Source: an uncultured Candidatus Entotheonella sp. (GTDB lineage: Bacteria > Tectomicrobia > Entotheonellia > Entotheonellales > Entotheonellaceae). From it: a stretch of 64,000 bases of DNA. The stretch's first letter is position 1. Every line of letters begins with the position of its first letter. This document shows, in pieces, positions 19,725 to 28,885 of this stretch. The stretch covers positions 864,001 to 928,000 of the forward strand of contig OZ244252.1 in assembly GCA_965217185.1 (NCBI GenBank). Direction: 5' to 3'. A model generated the notes under the pieces. It ran no database searches, was not told where the DNA came from, and saw only the letters and a program-made list of their open reading frames with translations. The position numbers and the translations under genes were made by a program.

Positions 19725-21401
19725 TCAGAAATGCTCCTTTGACTCCTCATAAACGCCCCACACGCCGCGTAAAATATCTGATATCTCACCCACGGTGCCA
19801 TAGGCCCTGACCGTTTCCAAAATTTGAGGAAAAACGTTTTCATCGGTGCGTGCAACGTCCCGAAGAGCGTTCAGTTTCTCCTCAACCAAATCTTCATCTC
19901 TCTGTTGACGGAATTGTCGTAACCGTTCGATTTGAGCCTTCTCGCTTTGGACGCCAATTTCAAGAATTTCTATAGGTATTACGTCAGAATCAGTATGTGT
20001 GTTGACGCCCACTAGCAACTCTTCGCCGCTCTCCACTTTCTGCTGGTATTGATAGGCGGCGTGGCTGATTTCTCGCTGCGGGTAGCCGAGCTCAATCGCT
20101 CGCACCATACCCTGCAGGTTGTCGAGTTCTCGGAAATAAGCGTACGTAGCTTGTTCCAGCTCGTCGGTCAGCGTTTCGAGGTAATACGATCCGCCGAGGG
20201 GATCAATCGATTGGCCGGCACCCGACTCGTGCGCAATGATCTGTTGCGTCCGTAGGGCGATGCCTGCGGTTTCTTCCGTTGGCAGGGCAAGAGCCTCATC
20301 CAACGCGTTGGTATGTAAAGACTGCGTTCCGCCCAGCACGGCCGCCAGTGCTTGAAGCGCCACGCGGGCCACGTTGTTGTAAGGCTGCTGCGCAGAGAGC
20401 GAAACGCCGGCGGTCTGTGCGTGGGTACGCAGCAGCATGGAACGTGGATTCTTCGGGTGATAACGCCGCTCAATCTCCCGCGTCCAAATGCGGCGTGCGG
20501 CCCGCAGTTTGGCAATCTCTTCAAAAAAATCGCTGTGAATATCAAAGAAAAAAGACAACCGCGGTGCAAAGTCATCGATCGAGAGCCCCGCTTCGATGAC
20601 CTCTTCCACATAGGTCAGGCCCGCATATAACGTAAACGCCAATTCCTGAACGGCCGTCGCTCCTGCTTCACGGATGTGGTAGCCACTGATGCTGATGGGG
20701 TTCCAGTTCGGCAGATGGGCGCTGCAATAGACAATGGAGTCGCGCACCAACCTCAGCGAGGGGCGCGGCGGAAATATCCACTCCTTCTGCGCCATGTATT
20801 CCTTCAGGATGTCGTTCTGCACCGTGCCCCGCAGCTTGTCAGGGGCCACGCCTTGTTTTTCGGCAACCGCGATGTACATGGCCAAGGCAATAGCTGCGGT
20901 GGACGTGATCGTCATCGACGTGCTGACCTGATCCAGAGGAATGCCGTCGAACAGTACTTCCATGTCGGCAAGCGAGCTAATTGAGACGCCGCATTTGCCG
21001 ACTTCCCCGGCGGCCATGGGGTGATCGGCGTCGTAGCCATAAAGGGTAGGAAGGTCGAAGGCAACGCTCAGGCCGCCGCTTCCCTGCGCGAGCAGATATT
21101 TGTAACGCCTGTTGGTTTCTTCCGCTGATCCATACCCGGAAAAGATCCGGGTCGTCCATAAGCGGCCCCGATACATGGTGGGTTGAACACCGCGGGTATA
21201 GGGACTTTGACCAGGGAAGCCCAGGGAATCCGGGTAGTTGTCGTCCGAGAAATCCAGAGGGCTGTACAACGGCTGCAAGGGCATGCCGGATAGCGTGGTG
21301 GGCTGGGCATTGGCGGAAAGTTTCTCAAGTGCCGGCCGCAAGGTTTGCTCGGCCCAATCTTCTTGTGCCTGATGAAGTTGCGTTAGCGCTTGGCGAGTCA
21401 T
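19725..21401 (-). CDS. AdoCbl-dependent acyl-CoA mutase large subunit, isobutyryl-CoA-mutase-type
   Basis: PYTRGV, LSVAFDLPT, GTVQNDILKE, ISISGYHIREAG, SLHTNALDEA; no C-terminal B12-binding domain. Confidence 0.92.
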   Translation of the reverse strand: MTRQALTQLHQAQEDWAEQTLRPALEKLSANAQPTTLSGMPLQPLYSPLDFSDDNYPDSLGFPGQSPYTRGVQPTMYRGRLWTTRIFSGYGSAEETNRRYKYLLAQGSGGLSVAFDLPTLYGYDADHPMAAGEVGKCGVSISSLADMEVLFDGIPLDQVSTSMTITSTAAIALAMYIAVAEKQGVAPDKLRGTVQNDILKEYMAQKEWIFPPRPSLRLVRDSIVYCSAHLPNWNPISISGYHIREAGATAVQELAFTLYAGLTYVEEVIEAGLSIDDFAPRLSFFFDIHSDFFEEIAKLRAARRIWTREIERRYHPKNPRSMLLRTHAQTAGVSLSAQQPYNNVARVALQALAAVLGGTQSLHTNALDEALALPTEETAGIALRTQQIIAHESGAGQSIDPLGGSYYLETLTDELEQATYAYFRELDNLQGMVRAIELGYPQREISHAAYQYQQKVESGEELLVGVNTHTDSDVIPIEILEIGVQSEKAQIERLRQFRQQRDEDLVEEKLNALRDVARTDENVFPQILETVRAYGTVGEISDILRGVWGVYEESKEHF

Positions 21402-21438
21402 GGTAGATTCCCTTCGGTTGCCCTCAGTTGCCACCCAA

Positions 21439-21615
21439 CTATACGCCGCCCTCTTTGGAGGCATCGTTAGCGGCGATAGCGTTGTCCAACTGTGCCCGCA
21501 GGGCTTCGATATCCTGTTTCAGGGCACGGTTGGCCTGCGACAGGTAGACGACGTAAGCCCACAGGGCTGTCCAGATGATCGTATACGCAGAAAACAGATA
21601 CCAGAAATTCTTCAC
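21439..21615 (-). CDS. ccmD: CcmD-family small membrane protein (58 aa, not in ORF track)
   Basis: Read by hand: (M)KNFWYLFSAYTIIWTALWAYVVYLSQANRALKQDIEALRAQLDNAIAANDASKEGGV; GTG after GGAAGGG, directly downstream of ccmC. Confidence 0.85.
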   Translation of the reverse strand: MKNFWYLFSAYTIIWTALWAYVVYLSQANRALKQDIEALRAQLDNAIAANDASKEGGV

Positions 21616-21630
21616 GCTGTCTGCCCTTCC

Positions 21631-22353
21631 CTATCCAAACAACGCCTCGTCGACCTCGTGCCGCAGGACTTCAAGTTCATGTCGTCTGCGCGCTATCGCC
21701 ATGCGCTGGCGCAGAAGGAAGACAAACAGGAGCAGAAAGGCCGCCAAGGATACCAGAAAGGTCAACATCATGGCAGGCGGCAGCCCCGTTGTCCCACCCG
21801 ATTGGACAACCACCGGCTCGGGGTGGAGATTGCGCCACTTTTCGATGCTCCAGCGAATCAGCGGCACGTCGATGAAGCCGATGATCCCCAGAATTGCCGC
21901 AAACCGGGCCCGCCTCGGATCCGTCGCATCCGCCCGCAGCATGAGATAAGCCACATAAATCAGCCACAGCACCAGGGTCAGCGTGAGGGTCGGATCCCAG
22001 GTCCACCAGACGCCCCAAATCGGGCGTCCCCAAATCGGACCCGTTATGAGCACAAGCGTGCAGAAGAGCACGCCGAGCTCGGCGGCGCCCATGGCCGTCT
22101 GATCCCACCAGTCGGCATGTTTCCACAAGAAAATGATACTGGCGACAAAGACCACGAAGAAGGCTACAAACATGGTCATAGCCGAAGACACGTGAAAATA
22201 GAAGATGCGTTGCACGATGCCTTGCGCCTTTTCCGTGGGAGCATAGACAAAGATGCACCAGAGCGCGGCAACCATCGCCACGTAGGTCAGCATCGCGTAC
22301 CAGCCCGGCCAAAGGGCGACCGGGCGCCCATTCTTTTCTCCACCGGCCACCAT
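21631..22353 (-). CDS. ccmC: Heme exporter protein C
   Basis: QRIFYFHV, WWD motif TGPIWGRPIWGVWWTWDP, LHP. Confidence 0.93.
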   Translation of the reverse strand: MVAGGEKNGRPVALWPGWYAMLTYVAMVAALWCIFVYAPTEKAQGIVQRIFYFHVSSAMTMFVAFFVVFVASIIFLWKHADWWDQTAMGAAELGVLFCTLVLITGPIWGRPIWGVWWTWDPTLTLTLVLWLIYVAYLMLRADATDPRRARFAAILGIIGFIDVPLIRWSIEKWRNLHPEPVVVQSGGTTGLPPAMMLTFLVSLAAFLLLFVFLLRQRMAIARRRHELEVLRHEVDEALFG

Positions 22354-22354
22354 C

Positions 22355-23044
22355 TCACTCCTCCACGACGTAATCAAAAATCAGCACCGCCAGCACCAGG
22401 AAAACAACGTCAAAGACGGTTATCAGGATAACGTAGTCCCGGATGTCCGCCAATGTCTTGCCGTCGATGAGGTCTCCGGTGGCATACACGGAGGCGATCA
22501 GCAACGGCACCGACACCGGAAGAAACAGCAGCGGCAGCATGACCTCCCGCATTCGGATGTTCAACACAATGAGGGAAAACAATGTCCCCAGAACGCTCAG
22601 CCCCACGATTCCCAACGCCAGGATGACACCGAGCGCGGGAAGGCTGGCCGTCAGGTCGACGCGGAACCAGAGCGCGAAGAGGGGCAAGATGCAGCCGGAT
22701 ACGACGAGCAGATAGATCATGTTGGCCAGCGTCTTTGCCAGGAACAGCGCCGAGCGGTCCTGAACGGCTAACAGTACGCCCTGCAGACAGTCCTCCTCGC
22801 CTTCTATTTGTACGGCTCGTTGCAGCCCTATCACGGTGGCGAACAGGAGCGCGACCCACAGCACGCCGGCGGCTACCTCACGGATCAAAGCCGGATTGGA
22901 GCCGATGGTGAACTGGAACACAACCACGACCAACACCGTGAATACGAACATGGACGTAAAGACTTCGCGAGCGCGCCACTCGGTTTTCAAGTCCTTGGCC
23001 AGAATGGCGCCCGCTTGCCGTATGAAGACCCCGCTAACCAACAT
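22355..23044 (-). CDS. ccmB: Heme exporter protein B
   Basis: AKDLKTEWR, GVLWVA, REVMLPLLFLPVSVP; six TM helices. Confidence 0.92.
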   Translation of the reverse strand: MLVSGVFIRQAGAILAKDLKTEWRAREVFTSMFVFTVLVVVVFQFTIGSNPALIREVAAGVLWVALLFATVIGLQRAVQIEGEEDCLQGVLLAVQDRSALFLAKTLANMIYLLVVSGCILPLFALWFRVDLTASLPALGVILALGIVGLSVLGTLFSLIVLNIRMREVMLPLLFLPVSVPLLIASVYATGDLIDGKTLADIRDYVILITVFDVVFLVLAVLIFDYVVEE

Positions 23045-23729
23045 GATGACGGTACAGTTGTGAAAAAGAGTGCAGGGTATCCTGCGACGTCGAAACGTGG
23101 TGCACGATCTTGCCGCGCCGCTGAATGGCAATTTCGTCGCACAATTCAAACCCGCGGGGCAGGTCGTGCGTGCTGATGATGACGGTGCGCCCTTCCGTGC
23201 ACAGTTGCCGCAGGAGGTCCTGCAACCGTGCTGCGGCTTGTTGATCGAGGGCGTTGTACGGTTCATCCAGAAGGAGCAGCTTGGGGTGGTGCAGAATGGC
23301 CCGCGCAATGGCCAAACGCTGCTGCATGCCGCGCGAATACGTCCGCACCAACTGGCGTGTAAGCGCTTCCAAGCCGACGATCTGCAGCACTTCGCGGATG
23401 CGTTCGGCGAGGTGCGCGACCCCCAACATGCGTCCATAAAAATGAAGATTCTCGGATGCCGTCAGGTGGCCATAAAGAAAGGTGCGGTGGCTCAAGACGC
23501 CCAGGAGCGGGCGGATGCGTTCCGCAGCGCGTGACACATCGTGGCCAGCAATGGTCACCGTGCCACTGGAGGGCAACGTCAGGGTGGAAAGGATTTTCAG
23601 CAAGGTGGTCTTGCCGGCCCCATTTGGACCGACCAAGCCCAGGCACTTGCCGGACTCGAGTTGCAAATTGACCCCCTGCAGAGCGAGAGAAGCGCCGAAA
23701 CGTTTGGTGATACGATCCAGGTGGACCAT
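23034..23729 (-). CDS. ccmA: Heme ABC exporter ATPase
   Basis: GPNGAGKTT, YSRGMQQR, LLLDEPY; upstream of ccmB. Confidence 0.92.
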   Translation of the reverse strand: MVHLDRITKRFGASLALQGVNLQLESGKCLGLVGPNGAGKTTLLKILSTLTLPSSGTVTIAGHDVSRAAERIRPLLGVLSHRTFLYGHLTASENLHFYGRMLGVAHLAERIREVLQIVGLEALTRQLVRTYSRGMQQRLAIARAILHHPKLLLLDEPYNALDQQAAARLQDLLRQLCTEGRTVIISTHDLPRGFELCDEIAIQRRGKIVHHVSTSQDTLHSFSQLYRHHVG

Positions 23730-23763
23730 CAAGGGGCGCTCTTCCGGCGGGTCTTGGACGCGG

Positions 23764-25056
23764 CTAGACACGTTGGCTCTGATACTCCTCAATCTGCTGG
23801 AATTGCCGTAAAAGACTGCAAAGCTGCGCCTTGTAATCGTGGCGGTGGGGATGATAATTCGCGTCGTCAATCGTGCCGGCTTCCCGTTGCCTGTCAAGCT
23901 GCGAGATTCGCTGCAGCAACAGTTGCTCGGCCGCGCGCAAGTCGTGTATCTGTTGCGGCGTCGCTTGCAATTGCGGCGCGGCAACTGGCTTGGCACGCCA
24001 CCCCCGTGTGTAGGGCGCCGCCATGCCTGCCAATGAAAGAACCACGACGAGACCGTAGGCCCCCACGCGCAGAGCCGGGAACGCCGTCGCTCGTTGCGCC
24101 AGTTGCAACCAGGAGCGTGACCGCTCCGGCAAATCCGTGCCACGGAAATGGGTGAATACGTGCGGCTCAACGGACACGCGGCCGGCGAAGGACAAATCAC
24201 TGGTTGCCACGAAGGACTCTTCCTCGACAAGAACGTCGAGCACGTCCGTTGGCAGGGTGCGCCGGGGGAGGATCATCATCACCTTGCCCTGCAAAGGAAG
24301 GGCGTAGGTAAACATCAGGTTGTGTTCGCCAGGTTCCAATGGGGCCGTATAAAACAGGCCGGTTGCGTTTTGCCGGATCTGGGATGAATCAAGTCCCCCC
24401 TCAATCCCCTGGAGGTCGTAATAGTCCTGCGGCAGGGAAAGATGGAACGAACCGTGGACATCGCCGGGTGCGGCGCCCGCAGGACCCGTGAGCGCTGTGG
24501 TGCCGCGGTTGACAATTTTCAGGATCTCGCGCACTTCGAGCCGTTCATTGCGCTTGACGATTACCATCAGGTGGCTGGTGACCTGCAACCTCGGAGCGGC
24601 AGGTTGTGCCGGCAAGGCCTGCGCGGACGGGTCGTCCAGGTTCAGGACAAGATCGGTCCGGCGCGGTGTATCTTGAAGGGAAATCGGCTCGCTGCGGTGC
24701 AATTGGTCTTTGTAACGAATGCCGACGAAGTACGTGAAGCTCCCGTCAGTTGACAGATCCTCGAACAGGAACTCGCCCTGAGCGTTGGTCTCGCCCGGGG
24801 TACGTTGTACGTCGTTGTCGGGTCCAAACCGGATGAGCATGATACGGTGCGCACCCACGACTTCCCCGCCGGACCGAATGACACCGCCAATACTGCCCTC
24901 CTCTGCCCTGACCGAGGTTGACAAGGCGATGAGCAGAAGCAGGCCGCACACGAGAGCGGCGCAGCTTCTAAACCGTGAGATGTTGCTGTGCGGCATCGGA
25001 AAGCACCGGGAAAGCGAAGGCGGGGTCGAGCGGCAGAATCTGAAGCACGCCATCAT
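23764..25056 (-). CDS. Hypothetical exported, membrane-anchored protein in ccm operon
   Basis: Signal peptide, prealbumin/carboxypeptidase-regulatory-like beta segment (TNAQGEFLF), late TM helix, C-terminal LDRQREAGTIDDANY helix; start uncertain (alternative 24996). Confidence 0.6.
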   Translation of the reverse strand: MMACFRFCRSTPPSLSRCFPMPHSNISRFRSCAALVCGLLLLIALSTSVRAEEGSIGGVIRSGGEVVGAHRIMLIRFGPDNDVQRTPGETNAQGEFLFEDLSTDGSFTYFVGIRYKDQLHRSEPISLQDTPRRTDLVLNLDDPSAQALPAQPAAPRLQVTSHLMVIVKRNERLEVREILKIVNRGTTALTGPAGAAPGDVHGSFHLSLPQDYYDLQGIEGGLDSSQIRQNATGLFYTAPLEPGEHNLMFTYALPLQGKVMMILPRRTLPTDVLDVLVEEESFVATSDLSFAGRVSVEPHVFTHFRGTDLPERSRSWLQLAQRATAFPALRVGAYGLVVVLSLAGMAAPYTRGWRAKPVAAPQLQATPQQIHDLRAAEQLLLQRISQLDRQREAGTIDDANYHPHRHDYKAQLCSLLRQFQQIEEYQSQRV

Positions 25057-25059
25057 GTT

Positions 25060-25515
25060 TTACACGGCTGGCTTCAGTGACTGACCACAGATGGGACAAT
25101 AGGTTGGGTCGGCCGTCAATCCGGTCCCGCAAGCCGGACACGTGTCCTCGGAAGCGAGAGCGGCGGCATCTTCCTTTTGGCGGTAGGCCAGAATTTCTTG
25201 CTCCGCGACGAGATCAAGGTCAGCCAGCGGATCAACCAGGTCTAATTGCCGCAGGATTTCTGCGGCCTCTGCCTCCATCTGGCCCCGCAGCTCGGCGTGG
25301 TCCTCGGCGTCCACCTTGCCGGTCTGATGATCAAAATCCAGATCTCGAATGGCTGTGTACAGGGTTTCCTTTTGCAGCGTCAGGCGCTCAATGGCGTCGC
25401 CCTGTGCATCCGCAGCGGCCTCCCGCATGCGACCCCGGCGGACAAGGGGCTCTCCGATCCAGACGACCAGCCCAATGGCCATGACGGCGATGACGACGAT
25501 GTCGGCCGTGTTCAC
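25060..25515 (-). CDS. Membrane-anchored zinc-ribbon protein (CcmI N-terminal-like helix)
   Basis: TM helix, IRDLDFDHQTGKVDAED, CPACG...CPICG. Confidence 0.7.
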   Translation of the reverse strand: MNTADIVVIAVMAIGLVVWIGEPLVRRGRMREAAADAQGDAIERLTLQKETLYTAIRDLDFDHQTGKVDAEDHAELRGQMEAEAAEILRQLDLVDPLADLDLVAEQEILAYRQKEDAAALASEDTCPACGTGLTADPTYCPICGQSLKPAV

Positions 25516-25521
25516 AACGCC

Positions 25522-27516
25522 TCACCCCTGCTCTGCGGCTGCCCCAACCGTTGGCGTTCCACGCGTGCCAATCCTGGCGGGCTGCCTGCGCTCGGGCCAG
25601 ATGGCAATGAGTGTGCCAACGATCATCACAAGGCCGCCCAGCCACAGCCATATCACCAATGGGTTGACAAATACCTTGAAGGTGGCGGTGCCCGAGGGCT
25701 CAAAACCCGCCAGGATGATGTAGAGGTCTTCGAGCAGCGACGTCCGCAGGGCGACTTCCGTTGTCGGCTGGTTCTGGGCGAAATAGAAACGCCTTTCCGG
25801 GAACAACGTCGTCACGTGCCGTCCGTTCCGGCTCACATCCACCTTGGCCCGTACCGATTCATGGGTCGGCTGCAGGTCGCTCTCGAGCGTTTCGTATCGC
25901 AACGTAAAGTCCCCTACCGTCGTCTGCTCCATGGGGTCCAGGACAACGTCGCGTTCGATCTTGTAGGCCGAGGAACCGGTGATTCCCACGAAGATCAGAA
26001 CCACGCCAAAGTGAATGATGTAACCTCCGTAACGGCGCCGATTTCGGGTCATCAGGGAGAGGAATGCCTGCCAGGTGGTTCCCCCCATCGACGCGCGGCG
26101 GGCCCGCGTGCCGCGATAAAATTCCAGCACGATCGTTGAGAAGGTGAACAGGCAAATGGACAGGGAAATCAAGGCGACCACGTGTCGGATGCCGCTGCCA
26201 TAGAGAACGGCAACGCCCAGGAGGGATACGACGAGCGGGTTGAGGAAGTTGCGCTGGAAGTTGCGAACGCTGCCCTTGCGCCACGCGATCAGCGGACACA
26301 CGCCTGAGAGGAGAAGCAGGGCGAGGCCCAAAGGCACGTTGACCTGATTGAAGAACGGCGCTGCAACACTGATCTTAACGCCCCGAACCGCCTCCGAGAT
26401 GATTGGGAACATGGTGCCCCAAAGCACCGAAAACATGATGCCGACGAAGAACAAGTTATTGAATAAAAAGCTGCTTTCGCGCGACAGAACAGACTCCAGA
26501 CGATGGTCGCTGCGCAACTGAGGCAGTCGCCACACCAGCAAAGCCACGGCAATCGTCAGCGCAATTGCCAAGTAGATCAGGAAATACACGCCCAGGGACG
26601 ATTCGGCAAACGCATGGACAGAGGAAATGATGCCGCTGCGCGTCAGAAACGTGCCAAAAATCGATAACCCGTACGTCAGAATGACAAGGGACATATTCCA
26701 TACTTTCAACATGCCCTTTTTTTCCTGGACCATCACCGAATGAAGGAACGCAGTTGCGGTGAGCCACGGCAGCAGCGAGGCGTTCTCGACCGGGTCCCAC
26801 GCCCAATAGCCGCCCCACCCCAATTCCACGTAGGCCCACTGCCCGCCCAGCAAAATGCCGACGGTCAGAAACAGCCAGGGGACGAGCGTCCAGCGCCGGA
26901 TGCTGCGTATCCATTGGCTGTCCAGACGCCCGCTTGCCAAAGCGCCGATGGCAAAGCTGAACGGCACGGCAAACCCTACAAAGCCCAAATAGAGGTTGGG
27001 CGGATGGACTACCATCAGGGGGGTTTGTAGCAGTGGGTTCAGCCCTTGGCCGTCGAGGGGTGCCTGGGCCAACTCGTGGAAGGGATTTTCGGCGAAGATG
27101 AGAATGGCCAGAAATAGGATTGACGTGGCCATGAGGGTGGGAACCACGTAAGGCATCAGTTCCCGGTTGCGGTGCAGGTTCTGCGCCACGGCGATGGCGC
27201 TATACAGGGTCAGGACCCACAACCACAGCAGCATGGAGCCCTCTTGCCCACCCCATAGGGAGGCAATGAGGTAGAAGATTGGCATGGAAAGATTGGAAAC
27301 ACTGGCGACGTACTGAACGCGGAAGTCGTGGGTCAGTATGGCAAAAAGAAGCGCGAACATCGCGACGGAAACCAGGGCGAAAACACCAAGCGTCGCCCGC
27401 TCAGCGCTGCGAATCATTTCCCGGCGTCCGGTGCGAACCCCGATCAAGGCCGTGGCGATCGCATAGAGGGCTGCCACAAAAGCAAATTGCAAGGCCGCGC
27501 CGCCGACATCGTTCAT
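25522..27516 (-). CDS. ccmF: Cytochrome c heme lyase
   Basis: WGGQEGS, HPPNLYLG, WGGYWAWDPVENASL, TRSGIISSVHAF. Confidence 0.97.
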   Translation of the reverse strand: MNDVGGAALQFAFVAALYAIATALIGVRTGRREMIRSAERATLGVFALVSVAMFALLFAILTHDFRVQYVASVSNLSMPIFYLIASLWGGQEGSMLLWLWVLTLYSAIAVAQNLHRNRELMPYVVPTLMATSILFLAILIFAENPFHELAQAPLDGQGLNPLLQTPLMVVHPPNLYLGFVGFAVPFSFAIGALASGRLDSQWIRSIRRWTLVPWLFLTVGILLGGQWAYVELGWGGYWAWDPVENASLLPWLTATAFLHSVMVQEKKGMLKVWNMSLVILTYGLSIFGTFLTRSGIISSVHAFAESSLGVYFLIYLAIALTIAVALLVWRLPQLRSDHRLESVLSRESSFLFNNLFFVGIMFSVLWGTMFPIISEAVRGVKISVAAPFFNQVNVPLGLALLLLSGVCPLIAWRKGSVRNFQRNFLNPLVVSLLGVAVLYGSGIRHVVALISLSICLFTFSTIVLEFYRGTRARRASMGGTTWQAFLSLMTRNRRRYGGYIIHFGVVLIFVGITGSSAYKIERDVVLDPMEQTTVGDFTLRYETLESDLQPTHESVRAKVDVSRNGRHVTTLFPERRFYFAQNQPTTEVALRTSLLEDLYIILAGFEPSGTATFKVFVNPLVIWLWLGGLVMIVGTLIAIWPERRQPARIGTRGTPTVGAAAEQG

Positions 27517-27556
27517 TACCGGTCCTCTCATGCTTCAACGACAGGTTTCTGTCGCA

Positions 27557-27958
27557 TCATGACGTGGGCTTTTCTTCCTCATACTTGGATGGGCAGCTGG
27601 TCATCAGATGTGAAGCAACCAAGATGCCGTCCTGACCGATCTGCCCTTCAACAATAACGTCCGCGCCTGTCTGAAACATGTCCGGTTTGACGCCCTTGTA
27701 TGACACGGGCACGCTTGCCTCTCCTTCTCCCATCGTGAAGGTGAGCTGCAAATTGCGCACGTCCCAGTGAATCGGGTCCGCCGTTACCTTTCCCGACACC
27801 CTGATGGCTTCACCCTGCATGGCGGCGACCTGTTGGTGCAGTTCGGGCACCGTCATGTAATACATCGTGTTTCCCGTCGCACCGGAAAACATCAGATAGA
27901 CCATCGACGCCACGATAATGGCTGCCCCGATTGACAGTTTGACGTGTTGTTTCGACAT
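27557..27958 (-). CDS. ccmE: Heme chaperone CcmE, CxxxY variant
   Basis: YYMTVPEL, YKGVKPDMF, VIVEG, C-terminal TSCPSKY. Confidence 0.92.
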   Translation of the reverse strand: MSKQHVKLSIGAAIIVASMVYLMFSGATGNTMYYMTVPELHQQVAAMQGEAIRVSGKVTADPIHWDVRNLQLTFTMGEGEASVPVSYKGVKPDMFQTGADVIVEGQIGQDGILVASHLMTSCPSKYEEEKPTS

Positions 27959-27976
27959 CCTCCGCACCCTTCTCTT

Positions 27977-28282
27977 TTATTTCAAAGTTGTCTTGATCTT
28001 ACCGGATTCGTCTACACGCCCAACATGCTCTTCTTCAAGCTTGCGCATTTCCTCAATAATCGTGCGGTAAATGCGCTCAATGACGTCTCCGGGCAGTGGC
28101 CCGGGATTGTCCGTTTGCAGGCGTTTGACAACGTTGTTTTCACGCTCCGGCACGTGGATGGGGAGACCATGCTTGCGCTTGTAATCGCCGATGTCCAGAA
28201 CCGCTCGGGCGCGCTCCGAAAGCAACGCGAGAACCTGACCGTCGATGGTATCGAGACGCAAGCGCAATTGGTCAATATCCAT
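27977..28282 (-). CDS. Chorismate mutase (AroQ type)
   Basis: IDQLRLRLDTIDGQVLALLSERAR...IGDYKR...HVPERE. Confidence 0.88.
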   Translation of the reverse strand: MDIDQLRLRLDTIDGQVLALLSERARAVLDIGDYKRKHGLPIHVPERENNVVKRLQTDNPGPLPGDVIERIYRTIIEEMRKLEEEHVGRVDESGKIKTTLK

Positions 28283-28501
28283 AAGTTCCGCCCCTCTTCA
28301 CACCGCTTTACAGGTTGCTTGCGGGACGCAAGTATAGTCCAGATGGTTCTGGCAGCACAACCACGACACGGCGCCTTGTGAGTCGGAAAGGCGTTGTGCT
28401 ACCATCATGCCGCGCTGGTGATTAAAGGCCCTCTACACGACCTTCGATAGAGCGACGGCAACGCCGTTGCGGTCTTCGTTGTTTTCTTATGAGCCTCACA
28501 C

Positions 28502-28879
28502 ATGTTCAAGAATTTTCTGAAGGTTGCCGGTCTGGCAACAGTGCTGGCTTGGCTCCTTCTGGCGCCGTTGCTGTATGTCTTCACCACCCCGGACGTGCTG
28601 TGGTGGGCCGTAGTCGGGTGCCTCCCCTCCGCCCTGTGCTTCATTTATGAGTTTTACACCCTCAGCAAAGCCGACCTTCAGGATCTGACGTCTTTCATGC
28701 AAGCCTTCTTGGGCGGTATGATTGTGAGGATGTTCGTCGTTGGCGTGATTCTTTTCCTGTTGATCAAGTTCACGGATGTCCACCTGACGAGCTTTGTGTT
28801 TTCCCTTTTTGGGTTTTACCTGCTCTATCTGGTCATTGAGTTGTACTTCGTTATCAAAGGTTCACGGCAACATGCTTGA
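28502..28879 (+). CDS. ATP synthase protein I-like membrane protein
   Basis: Four hydrophobic segments, FLGGMIVRMF; directly upstream of atpB. Confidence 0.65.
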   Translation: MFKNFLKVAGLATVLAWLLLAPLLYVFTTPDVLWWAVVGCLPSALCFIYEFYTLSKADLQDLTSFMQAFLGGMIVRMFVVGVILFLLIKFTDVHLTSFVFSLFGFYLLYLVIELYFVIKGSRQHA

Positions 28880-28885
28880 GGAGAT

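Noticed and set aside
22355..24230. Long N-terminal extensions in track ORFs for ccmB and ccmA (also der, lysY, Fic, the second CaiB protein and the crotonase)
   Set aside because: The extensions overlap upstream genes in another frame; downstream starts fit family length and usually have an SD or stop-start overlap, so these are not fusions
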